A stretch of DNA of 64,000 nucleotides, taken from assembly GCA_951406725.2 (NCBI GenBank), contig OX597830.1, forward strand, positions 59,520,001 to 59,584,000. The letters run 5' to 3'. This DNA comes from Octopus vulgaris (lineage: Eukaryota). The notes under the pieces were generated by a model. The model was not told where the DNA came from. It searched no databases and worked only from the letters and a program-made list of their open reading frames with translations. The position numbers and the translations under genes were made by a program. Shown here in pieces: positions 1 through 12,196 of the stretch (position 1 is the first letter of the stretch; each line of letters starts with the position of its first letter).

Positions 1-158
1 TTATAGAGAATTCAAAATAGGTAGATGTACTGGGTCTTATTGTATTGGTTAAATGGGTCTCAACTTGTCTGCTGTCAACACTTGATTTACTGTGAGAAAC
101 AACCTGAATATACATTATTTACATTTGATGGATGTTTGTCCTCATTTTGTTTGTTGTT

Positions 159-204
159 AACACAATATTTCGGCTGATTTACCCTCCAGTCTTCATCAGG
201 TGTC
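159..204 (-). ncRNA. Second hammerhead-like motif on the opposite strand
   Basis: Reverse complement reads GACAC-CTGATGA-A-GACTG(gagggtaaat)CAGCC-GAAA-TATT-GTGTT. Confidence 0.5.
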
Positions 205-254
205 TTAGGGAAATTTCGAACTGGGGTTCTCATTCCTAAGGTATTTTCCCCCAA

Positions 255-299
255 GACACCTGATGAAGGCTGGAGGTATATCAGCTGAAACATAGTGTT
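255..299 (+). ncRNA. Minimal hammerhead-ribozyme-like motif (PLE-associated)
   Basis: GACAC-CTGATGA-A-GGCTG(gaggtatat)CAGCT-GAAA-CATA-GTGTT. Shows the CUGAUGA and GAAA core boxes, stem II, and stem I (GACAC/GTGTT). Stem III is minimal or degenerate. Confidence 0.55.
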
Positions 300-939
300 A
301 ACAACAAACAAGATGAGAACAAATATTCGTCAAATGTAAATAATGTAAATAATGTAAATAATGTAAATAATGTAAATAATGTACATAATTCCTCATCTCT
401 TAAATATAGAACTGTAGAACCTGAATATAATATTTCTTTTCCAGTTACTTAATGGCATTATTGGACCTAAAGAGCAAGTTGGTCTAGACACAAGTGTGAT
501 CTACACATGTGAACATTATTTCTAAGTATAAGTGTGTAGCAAATGAAAACTAAACTTCCTTTTGCATTGTAAGCCAGTCTATTTCATGTCTCTGTTCACA
601 AGGAATAAATGGAGACACACACAGAATAAAGTAAGCAAAGAGAATTGTCCAATTCTTTGGAGTTCATTCTGGTGCAAACAGCTAGACTATGCGACTAGTT
701 TTAGAATAACTCCTAACTTACTCCTAATAAACCCAGAACCTCTGAAAAATACCATGAACACTAAACCATTAAACAAATAATTCAATAAACAGGTGCCCCT
801 ACATAGTTGCTTGGCTTTCTAGAAATATCAGCCAAGTCCCCTGAAATCTCACTCTACTGAGTTAAAGAAATTGCTTTTGGATAACTTTTTCCTTGATATA
901 CACTTTAATTTTAGAGTCCAGGTACGACCATGGGTAGAG

Positions 940-1075
940 TGAATTCTTCAATATAATCCTTTTCTCTACTAGACAAAGTCTGCACCTCATGTTGCCACTA
1001 AGGTAAAGCATGCACTTTTCCACTAATCTCCAGTTGATACAATATTGTGCAGAATTTTCTTTCATTTGCTATTGA
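940..1075 (-). mobile_element. Penelope-like GIY-YIG endonuclease C-terminal fragment
   Basis: ORF 862..1065 reads INWRLVEKCMLYLSGNMRCRLCLVEKRIIL, matching the PLE 'IxWxIL...Y....KRCxLCLxEKxxI' motif. Confidence 0.65.
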
Positions 1076-2984
1076 AGTTCGGACATTAGGTCACTCCAGA
1101 ATTTGAAAAGATGACTTGTGACTGTTGAGTCTGGCCTTCGAGGGGCCTTTTGTTGCACCCACATATTTCTGTACTTGTGTCACCCAACTGGTATTCTTTA
1201 ATACTACTTCTGCCTTACACATGACCACCTCTGGGAGGCATGTAGCATTGGCCCCGCATGAGCAGCCTGACTCTCTGTTTTTTTTAGGTCTGTTTATTAC
1301 AATTTACTTTATGTCAGGTGTGCAGCTAAAGGAGACCCTCAAAGTACACCTTTTAAAATGTCTCCTGTACTTATGTGTTTATGGAAAAATATTATCTACT
1401 AATTTAAGGAAGATCTTATCATAATCAACTTGAATATAGGACAAGGGCTAAAAGAGGCCAATCTAAGGCACATAACTCCAATCGGCTTAAGAACCATATT
1501 TTTGTTTTACAGTAGTATTTTCAATCCATTAGCTTCATTGTTTTTTGTTGTTATTTTTTTTGTTCTTTTTAAGACACACACAAACATATGACGGGCTTCT
1601 TTTAGTTTCTGTCTACCAAATCCACTCACAAAGCTATGGTCAGCCCAAGGCAATAGTAAAAAGCATTTGCCCAAGGTGCCACACAGTGAAATTGAACCCA
1701 GGACCATGTGGTTGAGAAGCAAGCTTCTTACCAGACAGCCATGCTTGTGCCTATATCCTTCATTCAATTCTTGCCCGAATTTCTTTCACCCATTGATTGA
1801 TAACATTTCTGATACACATTTAAAAAAAAAAATGAAACATTTCCAAGTTTTGCATTTTGTAGCCTGCAATATTTATTTATTTATTTATTGTTGTTCTTAT
1901 TGTTGCTGTTGTTGTTGCTGTTGTTGTTGTTTTTATGTTGTTCCAAGCCTTTTTGACATTTTGTAACTTGACAATTTTTTGAAGTTCAGAAATTTATGAA
2001 TGTCAGATACAAAAATTAATTCGTTTTGTCCTTTGATATAATGGAGGCTGTCTTTTGCTGGAGATATTGATTGAAAATCAATTACCATATTGGTAATATT
2101 GTTTCTTCAATGATATTGACCTTTAAAGCCTCTCTGAAACAATTTTAGGTGGAAAAAGTTTATACAAGCAGGCATGAGTGTAAATATATATGTATGTATC
2201 CTATGTATCGTATGTATATATGTGTGTATATGATGTTAGTGGTTCTGAATAAAAAGTCTTGTAAATTCCAGTTTCTTTTTCTTACGTTTCATAAACTCTA
2301 CCAATACAAAGGAATTCCTGAAGTAAATCCAGTGACATATATTTCCATACTGTTATTGACATCAGATAGCTGAATACTGTGAACAGGCTTTAAACAGCGT
2401 GCTACAAGGTGTGTACCCAAATATAAAATTATTACTATATATATATATACATACACATATATATATATGTGTATGTCATTAACCAGTTTTATTTCAAAAT
2501 TTCTTGCCATTAGAGAAAGAACCAGTTTCTAACCTAAATCCAATGCTCCTTTTTGGGAATTTCAACATCAACAGGTATTTTTGTGTATATATGTATGTGT
2601 GTGTGTGTGTGTGTGCGTGTGTGTGTGTATATGCAGATTTCTATATTTTGTTTTATGTATGTATTCTCATGCATACACTTGCATATACATATATTCTCAT
2701 GCATAGACATATACACATATATATTTAAATAATATGTATGCATGCATGTATGTATGTATTTAAAGACAATTCAATCAACTATTACATAGCCAACACCCAA
2801 CTTTCAACTATTTATGAGACTGTCATTATGCAAGGATTCTAACCCTCCCCCACCACCCCTGACTTTAACACAACTAATTAATTAGTTTTAAAAGGATTTT
2901 TTTTTTTTATATGTTTGTATTTCTGAAATATTTATGAACATTTAAAATGTTCTATTGATTGATTTGGTATTTCCCATGGATCTG

Positions 2985-3208
2985 TAACCCTTTAGCATTG
3001 AAACTGGCCGTATCCAACCAAAATATTCTTCTCGCTTTACGTTCAAACCTTCCAGATCCAGCCTCTCATGCATACCCTACAATGTCATTCTAAAAGTAAA
3101 CAATCACATCATTGAAGTCTCAAAGTTATGAGTTAGTTCATTATTAATTCAAAGCAATGTGAATAAATAAGCATTACATTTGTCAGAATAACCTGAATGC
3201 TAAAGGGT
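2985..3208. mobile_element. ~220-bp piggyBac-type MITE (family copies also at ~6330-6555, 32197-32818, 33713-33890, 48590-48810)
   Basis: Ends are (T)AACCCTTTAGCATT ... AATGCTAAAGGGT(TAA). CCC/GGG termini next to TTAA-like sites. Same internal sequence in five copies. Confidence 0.6.
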
Positions 3209-3910
3209 CAACATTGTTTTTTGACACAGTAAAAACAAGACTAACTGACCCCACTGATATTTTTTGAGAACCTATTTAAATAGTTAATTACTTATTTTAA
3301 TTATAAATTCAATGGATAAATATTTATATAGGATGTACACTCGTGAAACATTTCCCCATCAGATTTTTTTCCTAACAACTTTTCTTTCCTTCTATGATAA
3401 CAAGTTAATTATTATTATTAATTTAAATCTACTGTAGCTGTTACATCTAATAAGCCTTTTTACTATAGACACAAGGCCTGAAATTTTCTGAGGCTAGTTA
3501 ATTACATTTACCCCATTGCACAACTGGTACTCATTTCATTATCCTTTAAGAGATGAAAGGCAAAATTGACCTGGGTGGAATTTGAACTCAGAATGTAAAA
3601 CTGAATGAAATGCCACAAAGTATTATGTCCAGTATGCTAATGATTCCACCATCTCATCAATAATAATAATAATAAAAAAATAGCAATAATAATCCTTTCT
3701 ATTATAACCACAAGGCCTGAAATTTTTGTTGGGGGAAGGGGTTAGTTGATTACATTGACCCAAGTACTCAACAGGTACTTATTTCATCAACCCAGAAAGG
3801 ATGAAAAGCAAAGTCAATCATGGCGGAATTTGAACTCAGAACATAAAGATAGACAAAATGCTGTGAAGGATTTTGTCCAGCATGTTAATGGTCCTGACTG
3901 CTCACCACTG

Positions 3911-4152
3911 AAACCATAGAAAAAATTGGGTTTTGAGTTGCTCGAGCACCCAACACACAGTTCAGATCTTGCTCCTTCTGACTACTCAAACATCCTTTAT
4001 GAGGTCATTGATTTGCTATGGACAAAGAAGCACTTATTCCAATGGAATAAGCAAGCTTGTGGACTGCTGGAAGAATGCATTGAAAAGCAAGGAGATTATG
4101 TTGGAAAATGATGTAATTGTTCAACCTCTGCTTTTGCTTTAAAAAAATATAC
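3911..4152 (+). mobile_element. Mariner transposase 3' fragment
   Basis: LGFELLEHPTHSSDLAPSDY (HPPYSPDLAPSDY motif) and the C-terminal 'ECIEKQGDYV'. Confidence 0.8.
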
Positions 4153-4560
4153 GTAGGCTGTGTGGTAAGTAGCTGGCTTATGAACCACATGGTTCTGGGT
4201 TCAGTCCCACTGTGTGGTACCCTGGCCAAGTGTCTTCTACTATAGCTTCAAGCCAACCAAAGCCTTGTGGGTGGATTTGGTAGATGGAAACTGAAAGAAG
4301 CCTGTCGTATATATGTATACATGTACGTGTGTGTGTATATGTTTCTGCATCTGTGTTTGTCCCCCCAACATCGCTTGACAACCGATGCTGGTGTGTTTAC
4401 GTCCCTGTAACTTAGCAGTTCAGCAAAAGAGACCGATAGAATAAGTACTAGGCTTACAAAGAACAAGTCCTGGAGTCGATTTGATTTGACTAAAGGTGGT
4501 GCTCCAGCATGGCCACAGTCAAATGACTGAAACAAGTGAAAGGGTAAAAGAGAGTAAAAG
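4152..4560 (+). mobile_element. tRNA-derived SINE, family B (copies also at ~1588-1752, 13912-14356, 32372-32770, 41125-41495, 46660-47010, 49672-50050, 56868-57220, 58096-58510, 58550-58658+63090-63396)
   Basis: Pol III A/B-box-like head (TGGCTGTGTGGTAAG...GGTTCAGTCCC), central CCTTGGGCAAG domain, internal (TA/CA)n, conserved 3' half and (GTAAAAGA)n tail. Confidence 0.85.
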
Positions 4561-5053
4561 AGAGAAACAAGAGTGTGTACAATTTCTGACTTACCCTCAT
4601 CGAAATAGCAACCAAATCATATTCTAGCATTTTTAAAAAAGGAGAAGGCAACATTGGATAATGTAGTCTGAGGTAAACTATGTCTATAAAGATGAAATAA
4701 TCATGCAAGAATGTTTTCGATCATAGATCAAATTGCAGAGGTCAAATTGCAGAGGTCAATGTCAACCAACATTAGTTATAGTATAATAAGAATTGGCAAT
4801 ATTTCAGTGCCACACACATTTATAATTTACAGCTTAAATTTGCTACATGATAGATAATACATTTCAAAAAACACACATCAAAATCATCTTCAAAAAATAC
4901 AATTTAAATAGGTGCTGCTGGATTCTATGTTGCACGGTCCAGGAATTCTCCCAATCCAGTTGCACCATTAAGGAATTCTCTTATTGTAATGGCATCCAGC
5001 ATGTGGTATGGGTTCACCAGCCCACATGACATAATCCTGCTTTTAATCTATTT

Positions 5054-5271
5054 CAGTGGTTCTCAACTGGGGTCCCTATTGCATTGGAGGTCCATATAGA
5101 ATTTTGCTGCTAAAATTCATCTGCAATAATTTGACTAGACTTCTACAATACACAAAATATATTAATAATCTTATTATAAAATTCCTAATATTTAATTATA
5201 AAAATATAATGGAACTTTTTTTTTTTTAATCAAAGGGTTCTATAGATAAAAAAATGGTTGAGAAACACCTG
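5054..5271. mobile_element. hAT (Charlie-like) MITE
   Basis: Termini CAGTGGTTCTCAAC ... GTTGAGAAACACCTG. No clear 8-bp TSD. Confidence 0.55.
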
Positions 5272-5473
5272 TCTCATCTAAAAGGGCTTAGAATTAATTC
5301 TGTGAACTATTCAACTAAGGAGTCATCAAAAGACAAATCAATTACAATATTTCTTCATAAGGAATTTGTAAATTGGAACCAATAGAATTTAAATATATTA
5401 ATGAAAAAAAAAATCACAAAAATTCTCCAAAATTCTCAATACAACAAATATCGAAATTTTAATATTTACCTAC

Positions 5474-5593
5474 CTTTACTTGTATTTGTTTTATGGTAGA
5501 ATGAAATATTTGAAGCAAACGCATCTGTGAATGAGGAGAATGGCATTCCGTGAGAGATTTCAGTAGAATCCCAGAAAGTTGAACTTCAAGACT
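5474..5593 (-). CDS. Dynein heavy chain-like gene, last exon identified in the window (SLEVQLSGILLKSLTECHSPHSQMRLLQIFHSTIKQIQVK)
   Basis: Acceptor ttttcattacAG, donor AAG|GTAGGT, 120 nt, phase 0/0. Matches DHC_N1 'LE..L..IL..AF.DC......LL.IF'. Confidence 0.9.
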
Positions 5594-6635
5594 CTGTAAT
5601 GAAAACAAAGAGAAGAATAAAATAAACAAACAATTTCAATGTTTCATGAAATATTTGGTTTTATGGTTTTAAAAGATTCCAATTTATTACAAATATTTGT
5701 CTTTAAAACAGGTCCTCAGTTTTATCTCTAAATTGGAGGTGAAGGCCCTCAAATGTCAAACCATGCATCTGTATGTAAAAGACTGGCATTTGCTGTCTCC
5801 CCATTCTTATTTCTTTACTGCCCACAAGGGGCTAAAAAAAAAAGAGACAAACAAGGACAGACAAAGGGATTAAGTCGATTATATCAACCCCAGTGCGTAA
5901 CTGATACTTATTTAATTGACCCCGAAAGGATGAAAGGCAAAATTGACCTCGGTGGAATTTGAACTCAGTACGTAAAGACAGACAAAATGCTACTAAACAT
6001 TTCGCCCGGCATGCTAATGTTTCTGCCAGCTTGCCGCTTTGCTGTCTCCCCCATTCTTTATACCACTATTGTTGTCCAAGAGAAAGGCCACTGATATAAG
6101 GTTAATACAGTTTGGTACCAGTGTTATTACCAATGTCAACTTTATAGAAATAGCAGTTAAATTTCCTTTACTTCATACTCTTAAAAACAGTAAAAACTAT
6201 ATTGGTTAATGTAGTTCTGGATACACAATTTTATGACAAAAAAAAAATAAACAACATAACAACAACATGTTTGGATAAAAAATCAAGATGAGAAGGTCAC
6301 TGTTGGAATGCATTGCATCAAAATTCTGCTCCCTTTAGCATTAAAACTGGCCATATCTGGTCAAAGCAGTCTACCTGTTTTATGTTCAAAGTGGCTAGAT
6401 GTGGCTTCTCACACTAACCCTACAATATCATTCAAAAATTTAACAGTTACCTCATCAAAATCTCAAAGCTACAAACAAGGTAATGCATGATTCGTTCAAA
6501 ACAATGTGAATGAATAAGCACTGCTTTTGACAGAGTAATGTGAATGCTAAAAGGTGAAGGGTTACCATGGAGCTAAACAACAACAACAACTCTTCTTTTC
6601 TTTTCTTTGCTGATTCTTTTCTCACTACATCTTAC

Positions 6636-6867
6636 CTTTGAAACTGAACGTAGTTTGTAAAAGTTTGCTTCAAATGGCTGAATCTCTTTTACATTCATCA
6701 GATTAGGTATTGAAGTCCAAAAAACTTGGATGCTCTCAGAATATTTGATGGAAATCTCTTTGATAATCCTATCGGTACAAGCATCTCCAATACCACCAAT
6801 TTCTGCAACTGCTGAAAGTTCTTTGAAATGTTGGTCAGTTTCAATTAATTCCTGGACATCGTTACAT
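6636..6867 (-). CDS. Dynein heavy chain-like exon (CNDVQELIETDQHFKELSAVAEIGG...FEANFYKLRSVSK)
   Basis: Acceptor ctttctAG, donor AAG|GTAAGA, 232 nt, in phase with both neighbours. Contains DHC_N1 motifs 'RCxDxxELxET..F' and 'IGG'. Confidence 0.92.
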
Positions 6868-6940
6868 CTAGAAAGACAGAGAAAACTCAAACATTCAAAA
6901 TATATCTTTATATAATACTAAATACTCAGCTTTTAGAAAT

Positions 6941-7043
6941 TACTAGCAGTATAACCTGGTCTTGCCCGGGATTAAGTTACGATTATTAAGCTAATCAAGT
7001 TCTTTATAGACGTCAAATTTGGGCGAAATCCGTTGAAATTAGT

Positions 7044-7094
<51 letters not shown>

Positions 7095-7380
7095 ATATAA
7101 TATAAATATATATGGGCAACAGACTCGAACACACATACACACACGTACGTACGTACACCTATTACATGTTTTGTGCACGCATACATATTCGTAAACAGAA
7201 ATGAATGGGAAAAAATGTTGTTAAATTTGTAGATTAACATTCGCACGATTTTCACTAAAAAGAAAAATCGGGGTTTTTTTTGCGTGGAATCAACTAGTCT
7301 GGCCTCAAAACCCTTTTTGTGGTCCGTGAAACGGAGTGGGGTGTAGTGGAAGCCTCGCAAATTGTACCCATTTATATTGT
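6941..7380. mobile_element. Possible Helentron/HINE-like non-autonomous element
   Basis: Starts TACTAGCAGTATAACCTGGTCTTGCCCGGG (CTAG plus short hairpin) and contains a (TA)n microsatellite. Called on resemblance only. Confidence 0.3.
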
Positions 7381-8096
7381 GTAATTCACTGACAAATTGT
7401 TACTCACCTCTTTGTTTCTTTGTTGTTAAATAAATGGATTGTCAGCAAAACACTTTTTTACTCGGCGTAAAATAAAAACAAAACTCTTTCACACCCAAAG
7501 TAATATGTGTGTGTGAGAGAGAGGGGAGAGAAAGATGAACGATTTAAAATAAATAAATGATTTAAAATAAATATATTGTAATTGCTGTGTGAGAAAGTAT
7601 ATATACTATGATTATAAAATATAGTGTGCCTTTCAAAAACAAAAAGCAAAACATTTTACATTTTATTTTTTATGAACGTAGTCACTACTCTCTCTCTCTC
7701 CCTCTCTCACTTTGTCTTTCCCGTGAAACTCTCGCCTCCTTCTTCCACTTTTCTTTATCTTATTTTTTTTTGTTAGACGCCATCAAAAAAGCAATGGCTC
7801 TCTCTCTCTCTCCCTCTCTCACTTTGTCAAAGAGGCACCAAGCACAGTTAGTAATGTGATTGGTGCTAGGAAGGAGATCCAGCCATAGAAACCATACCAA
7901 AACAGACAATTGGAAGCTGGACAGCTCTCCAGCTGGTCAGCTTCTGTCAACCCATGCCAGCATGGAAAATGGCTGTTAAACAACAACAACGATGATGGTG
8001 GTAGTGGTGGTGGTGGTGGTGATGATGATGATGATGATCACTTTATGAAACTGTTTAAGTTTAGACATTAATATAAGTCAGTTTGAAGTTTCTTAC

Positions 8097-8273
8097 CTGT
8101 CCATAAAATCATTGAGATATTTAAAAGCAACTGAATTGTGATTAGGCCAGGAAGAATCTATTAGTAAAAGGTCTTCTTCAGACAGATCTGACATTTCTTG
8201 TTGCTTGGTAACCTTTGTAGAATTAGTGGTATTTATTCCCTCAAACCTCATTTTATAGATGTTTCTTTCACGT
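8097..8273 (-). CDS. Dynein heavy chain-like exon (RERNIYKMRF...DSSWPNHNSVAFKYLNDFMDR)
   Basis: Long polypyrimidine tract then gaaAG, donor AG|GTAAGA, 177 nt, phase 2/2. Ends in the DHC_N1 'W.....F..L..F..R' motif. Confidence 0.88.
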
Positions 8274-8399
8274 CTTTCAAATAAGGAAAAAAAAAAATAG
8301 AAATAAAAACAGAAGTTCATACAAATATACAATCAAATGCATTCATTAGAGTTTGGAAGAACTCATACTAAAAGCTAAGTGGAGGCTGGTATATCTCAT

Positions 8400-8720
8400 G
8401 TAGTAACCCTACCAAAACAAGTTCAAGTAACTAAGGTTTCACACAAAACAAACAGAAAAATTGTAAGCTCTTATGAAAGCTAAGTCGGCAATTCTGAAAT
8501 AAAATCTGATTAAAAATGAAATGGAAGTTTTTAACACTGACAATTCCAAACAGTGACAAAGGAAGTATTACTACCAAAAGATAAAATATCCACCACACAA
8601 AAGTGGATGTTACATTGGAACACACAAATACTGTGATATTTACCACGAGAGGAAACCTTCATATGGTTATATGGTGCATAAACATGTTTTGGTCTTATTA
8701 GACCTCATCAGAATAACCAA
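8400..8720. mobile_element. Degenerate Penelope-like remnant with decayed hammerhead motif at 8681-8718 (-)
   Basis: Minus strand reads CTGATGA-GGTCT(aata)AGACC-AAAA-CATGTT. GAAA>AAAA is consistent with CpG decay. Confidence 0.4.
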
Positions 8721-9935
8721 TGAATTGAAATTTGCTTACATGCTATGAGAGGAAATAGCTTGCATTTCAATAAATGTTTTTCACCTTCACACTTTTTATT
8801 GTTTTTAACTATAAAATATTATAAGTTTAGTTCTCTTCTCATTAGATTTGTGTTTATGACACAAGAAACACAGTGTACGGGAAAAAAGAATTACATTTGA
8901 TTCTTAAATTTTCTTTGAATTCAAATATAATATGAATGTTGCCCCACCATACATGAACTCTCTCTCTCTCTCTCTCTCATACACATACACACAGTTGTAT
9001 GTTTAATATGTTACTAGGAAAGCAGATTAAGACACTAACATATATATGCATGTTCATGTTGTTTACGTTTGTGTGAATGTGTTTGTGCATATATTATATA
9101 CATGTGTGTGTGTATGTGAGTATACATGCACACACATGCATAAACACACACACACATACACAAGCATTTAAGATTAAAGTACATTTGCTAGTACCACATA
9201 CGACAAAGAAAGGTGGACAAATTGTTTATATATAATTATAAATCTGCATGCGCAATATGTATAAGTGTATGATTATTCCTTTTGATACCAAAGCACCCAA
9301 GACTTATATAAATATGATCATATTTTGATATGAGCTAAATTAAAACCTTCCATGGAAATTTCATAATTTATGTCCCAAACTCCAATTTAATAATGATAAA
9401 GTTATTTTACTAAATTCTTCATTATTACCATAATTAATTAAAGCAAATGCAGTGTATTTTAACAAGAATTTGGTTAAGAGATCCACTTCAAAATCACATG
9501 ATTCTGTAATCATTCCTGCTATGAAGCACTTTGTGTGTCTTCAGGTTAGTAAGCAAAAGGAACTCAAGAAATGGTTTGCTTCAAGCAGAAACTGCAGAAG
9601 CTACTTAGAGATATTGCAAACTCTTCTCTTGGTGGTGACTATAGCCATAACAATGTAGGAATTCCTTCTGTATAACCAGCAGGTATCTCAGGGTCAGAAG
9701 GATTTCACCTCTAAGCTACACCTGAGTGAGGCAGCTAGGACTGAATTAGCCTTAGCCTGCAGAAGGGTTCCACTTGTAGTCTTTTACCAATCACAGCCAG
9801 TTTGAGCTGGTTTCAGCTGCCATGGCTACCTTCTTTGTGGCCTTCTTCATTTGTTTGGACTCCAAACCAATCTTCTGTTCCAATCTCACTGGAAAGCCAT
9901 AACAACCACCTTCAATTGGGAATGAGGTTGCATAC

Positions 9936-10333
9936 CTATTTCTTTATTACCTACAAGGGGCTAAACACAGAGAGAACAAACAAGGACAGACATAGGTATT
10001 AAGTCGATTACATCGATCCCAGTGCGTAACTGGTACTTAATTTATCGACCCCGAAAGGATGAAAGGCAAAGTTGACATCGGCAAAATTTGAACTCACAAT
10101 GTAGTGACGGGCAAAATACCTATTTCTTTATTACCTACAAGGGGCTAAACATAGAGGGGACAAACAAGGACAGATATAGGTATTAAGTCGATTACATCGA
10201 CCCCAGTGCATAACTGGTACTTAATTTATCGACCCCGAAAGGATGAAAGGCAAAGTTGACCTCGGCAGAATTTGAACTCACAACATAATGGCAGACAAAA
10301 TACCGCTAAGCATTTCGCCCGGCGTGCTAACGT
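9936..10333 (-). mobile_element. tRNA-derived SINE, family A, tandem dimer (copies also at ~3460-3910, 5808-6040, 17630-17850, 36925-37150, 47417-47646, 52915-53590)
   Basis: Head GGCGGxGAGCTGGCAGAAACGTTAG...GAGTTCAAATTC (A/B boxes), followed by the conserved GACTTTGCCTTTCATCCTTTCGGGGTCGATAAATTAAGTACCAG core. Confidence 0.85.
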
Positions 10334-10794
10334 TTCTGCCAGTTCTCCGCCTTAGGCTGCATACCATCCTCTGACAAGTGCTTCACCAACCAAGTCTTGA
10401 TATTTGGCTTTCTTTAGTCGTGCTGATGCCACGCGATATGCACTGGTACCAGTGCCACGTAAAATACACTCTTGCTGGTGTCACATAAAATGCACTCGTG
10501 CCAGTGGCACACAAGAGGCACCAAGCACAGTCAATAATGGAGGTAAGAAACCTCAAACTGACTTATATTAATGTCTAAACTTAAACAGTTTCATCAAGTA
10601 ATCATCATCATCATCATCATCATCGTTCTTATTTAACAGCCATTTTCCATGCTGCTGGCATGGTTTGGTTGGGGGAGTTGACAGGAGCTGACCTGCTAAT
10701 AGGTGGCAGGCATGGCTGTACAGTCAATAGTGTAGCAGGAAGTGGAGTGCATCTGCCTGGCATGATGCTTTTATAGGGGGAAGCATTTTTGGGT

Positions 10795-11020
10795 CTACTG
10801 TAGAAGCTAGGATCACCAAGCATAGATTGGCATATTTCGGTCATATTATGCGGAGAGAATCCCTGGAGAAGGACATCATGCTCGGAATGGTGAGTGGCAA
10901 GAGAGGAAGAGGCCGAGCAAGAACCCGCTGGCTTGACACCATCAGGAAGAACTGACTGGAGGACACTGATCCAAAGAGTGACCAAGCGTTGACTTCGACT
11001 GAGTGGATAGAGAGAGAGAG
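10795..11020 (+). mobile_element. RTE (BovB-like) LINE 3' fragment
   Basis: Translates as EARITKHRLAYFGHIMRRESLEKDIMLGMVSGKRGRGRARTRWLDTI, with a (GA)n tail. Confidence 0.85.
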
Positions 11021-12196
11021 AGTATAAGCCTGTATAATCTTCGTGTAGGGAACTGGGGAAGTGTAAACTCAAGGGCTACCCTAGGGAGCACACACCCTAG
11101 CTACATATGGTGAGAAATACCAATTCTTTTCTCCCAGGATACTGTATGTTCAGCCATGATTGTTGCTTTTGCATTCCTGTTTGATTGATAGGAGTGATAT
11201 TACTGCCACCTTCTCTGGAGAGATGGGTCTGACCTTCAGGTTCACCTGATTCTTCCAGTCTGTGCAAAATAAAGAGTGGGTTACCCTCAGTTGCTTTCAC
11301 TTTAGGAGCCTTGTGACTTATTCTTAGAAATTTGATATCCTGAGGTGGTGATGGCTGCTGTTTGTTTTCCTAAACCTTCTACAGACTCTCCATTTGGCAA
11401 TTTCTGTAAGGACCTTGTTGTGCCTCCACTTGTATCAGCCTTCTCCCAGTACCCTACAAATTGCTGTCAAAATGTGGTCCAGGGTTTAATGAGTTGATCC
11501 ACACTGCTTGCAGAATCATCTCCTCTCTCTTTTCTCCATATTTTATGGTCTTTCAAGGTTGGCAAGAGGTCAACAATGACCACTGGAGCAAGGACAATTT
11601 TTTTTCTTGGTGAGTACTCCAAATTTCCCTCCAGTTCAATGGGCACTTGATAGCTTGGTCCCACCACATCCACTGTCTCTGCTAGGCAAACTATCACTTT
11701 AATACGGTGATCTTTTTCTGTTAAATCACAGATCTTTTGCACCATAAGCTCTCTCTTGTTCATGGCATTGGTATTTCTCACCTCTTGGTGCTATAGTTTC
11801 CAAGTCCTAGCCATCCTTGAAAGACAATTCCAACAATCTCCTGGTGTTTCCCTCACACCTTCCTGGAGCTTCCACTTCTTACCACCCTTTATGGTCTGGT
11901 TGCTATGTCTGACTTACTTATCCTTAGATAGCAGCAATGCACTTTCTACTCTTGCCTTGGTCGCTTTGAATTCCTTCACCATTGATGGAATTGGTAAGCA
12001 GAGCTTTAAGATGTTGCTGTACAAGATTACACAGCTAAAATTTGCAAACATTTAGGCCAGTTCTCTGATTGGAGGATAGCTACTCCTCTTCTTCCTATCC
12101 AATTCAGAGGAACTTGAAAAAAATACAATGATAGGTACCACCTTTCCCTTCTTGACCAAATAATAAATATAAAAATAATAGAAACAAAATACTCAC

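Larger units (their letters stand above)
110..385. mobile_element. Penelope-like element terminal repeat remnant arranged as a long inverted repeat, followed by (TAATGTAAA)n
   Basis: Arm ~110-215 is the reverse complement of ~243-350. Both arms contain GACAC-CTGATGAAG...CCGAAA/CTGAAA, typical of PLE pseudo-LTRs. A PLE endonuclease fragment lies at ~940-1075. Confidence 0.7.

Noticed and set aside
2286-2377. Possible next dynein exon (minus-strand donor AC|GTAAGA at 2285)
   Set aside because: The only open frame has no phase-0 acceptor to join the exon ending at 5474, and motif similarity is weak.
11030-12150. GC-richer stretch with ORFs 11467..11781 and 11756..12055
   Set aside because: No recognisable domain. 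Probably a decayed retroelement ORF1 region, but I cannot support a call.
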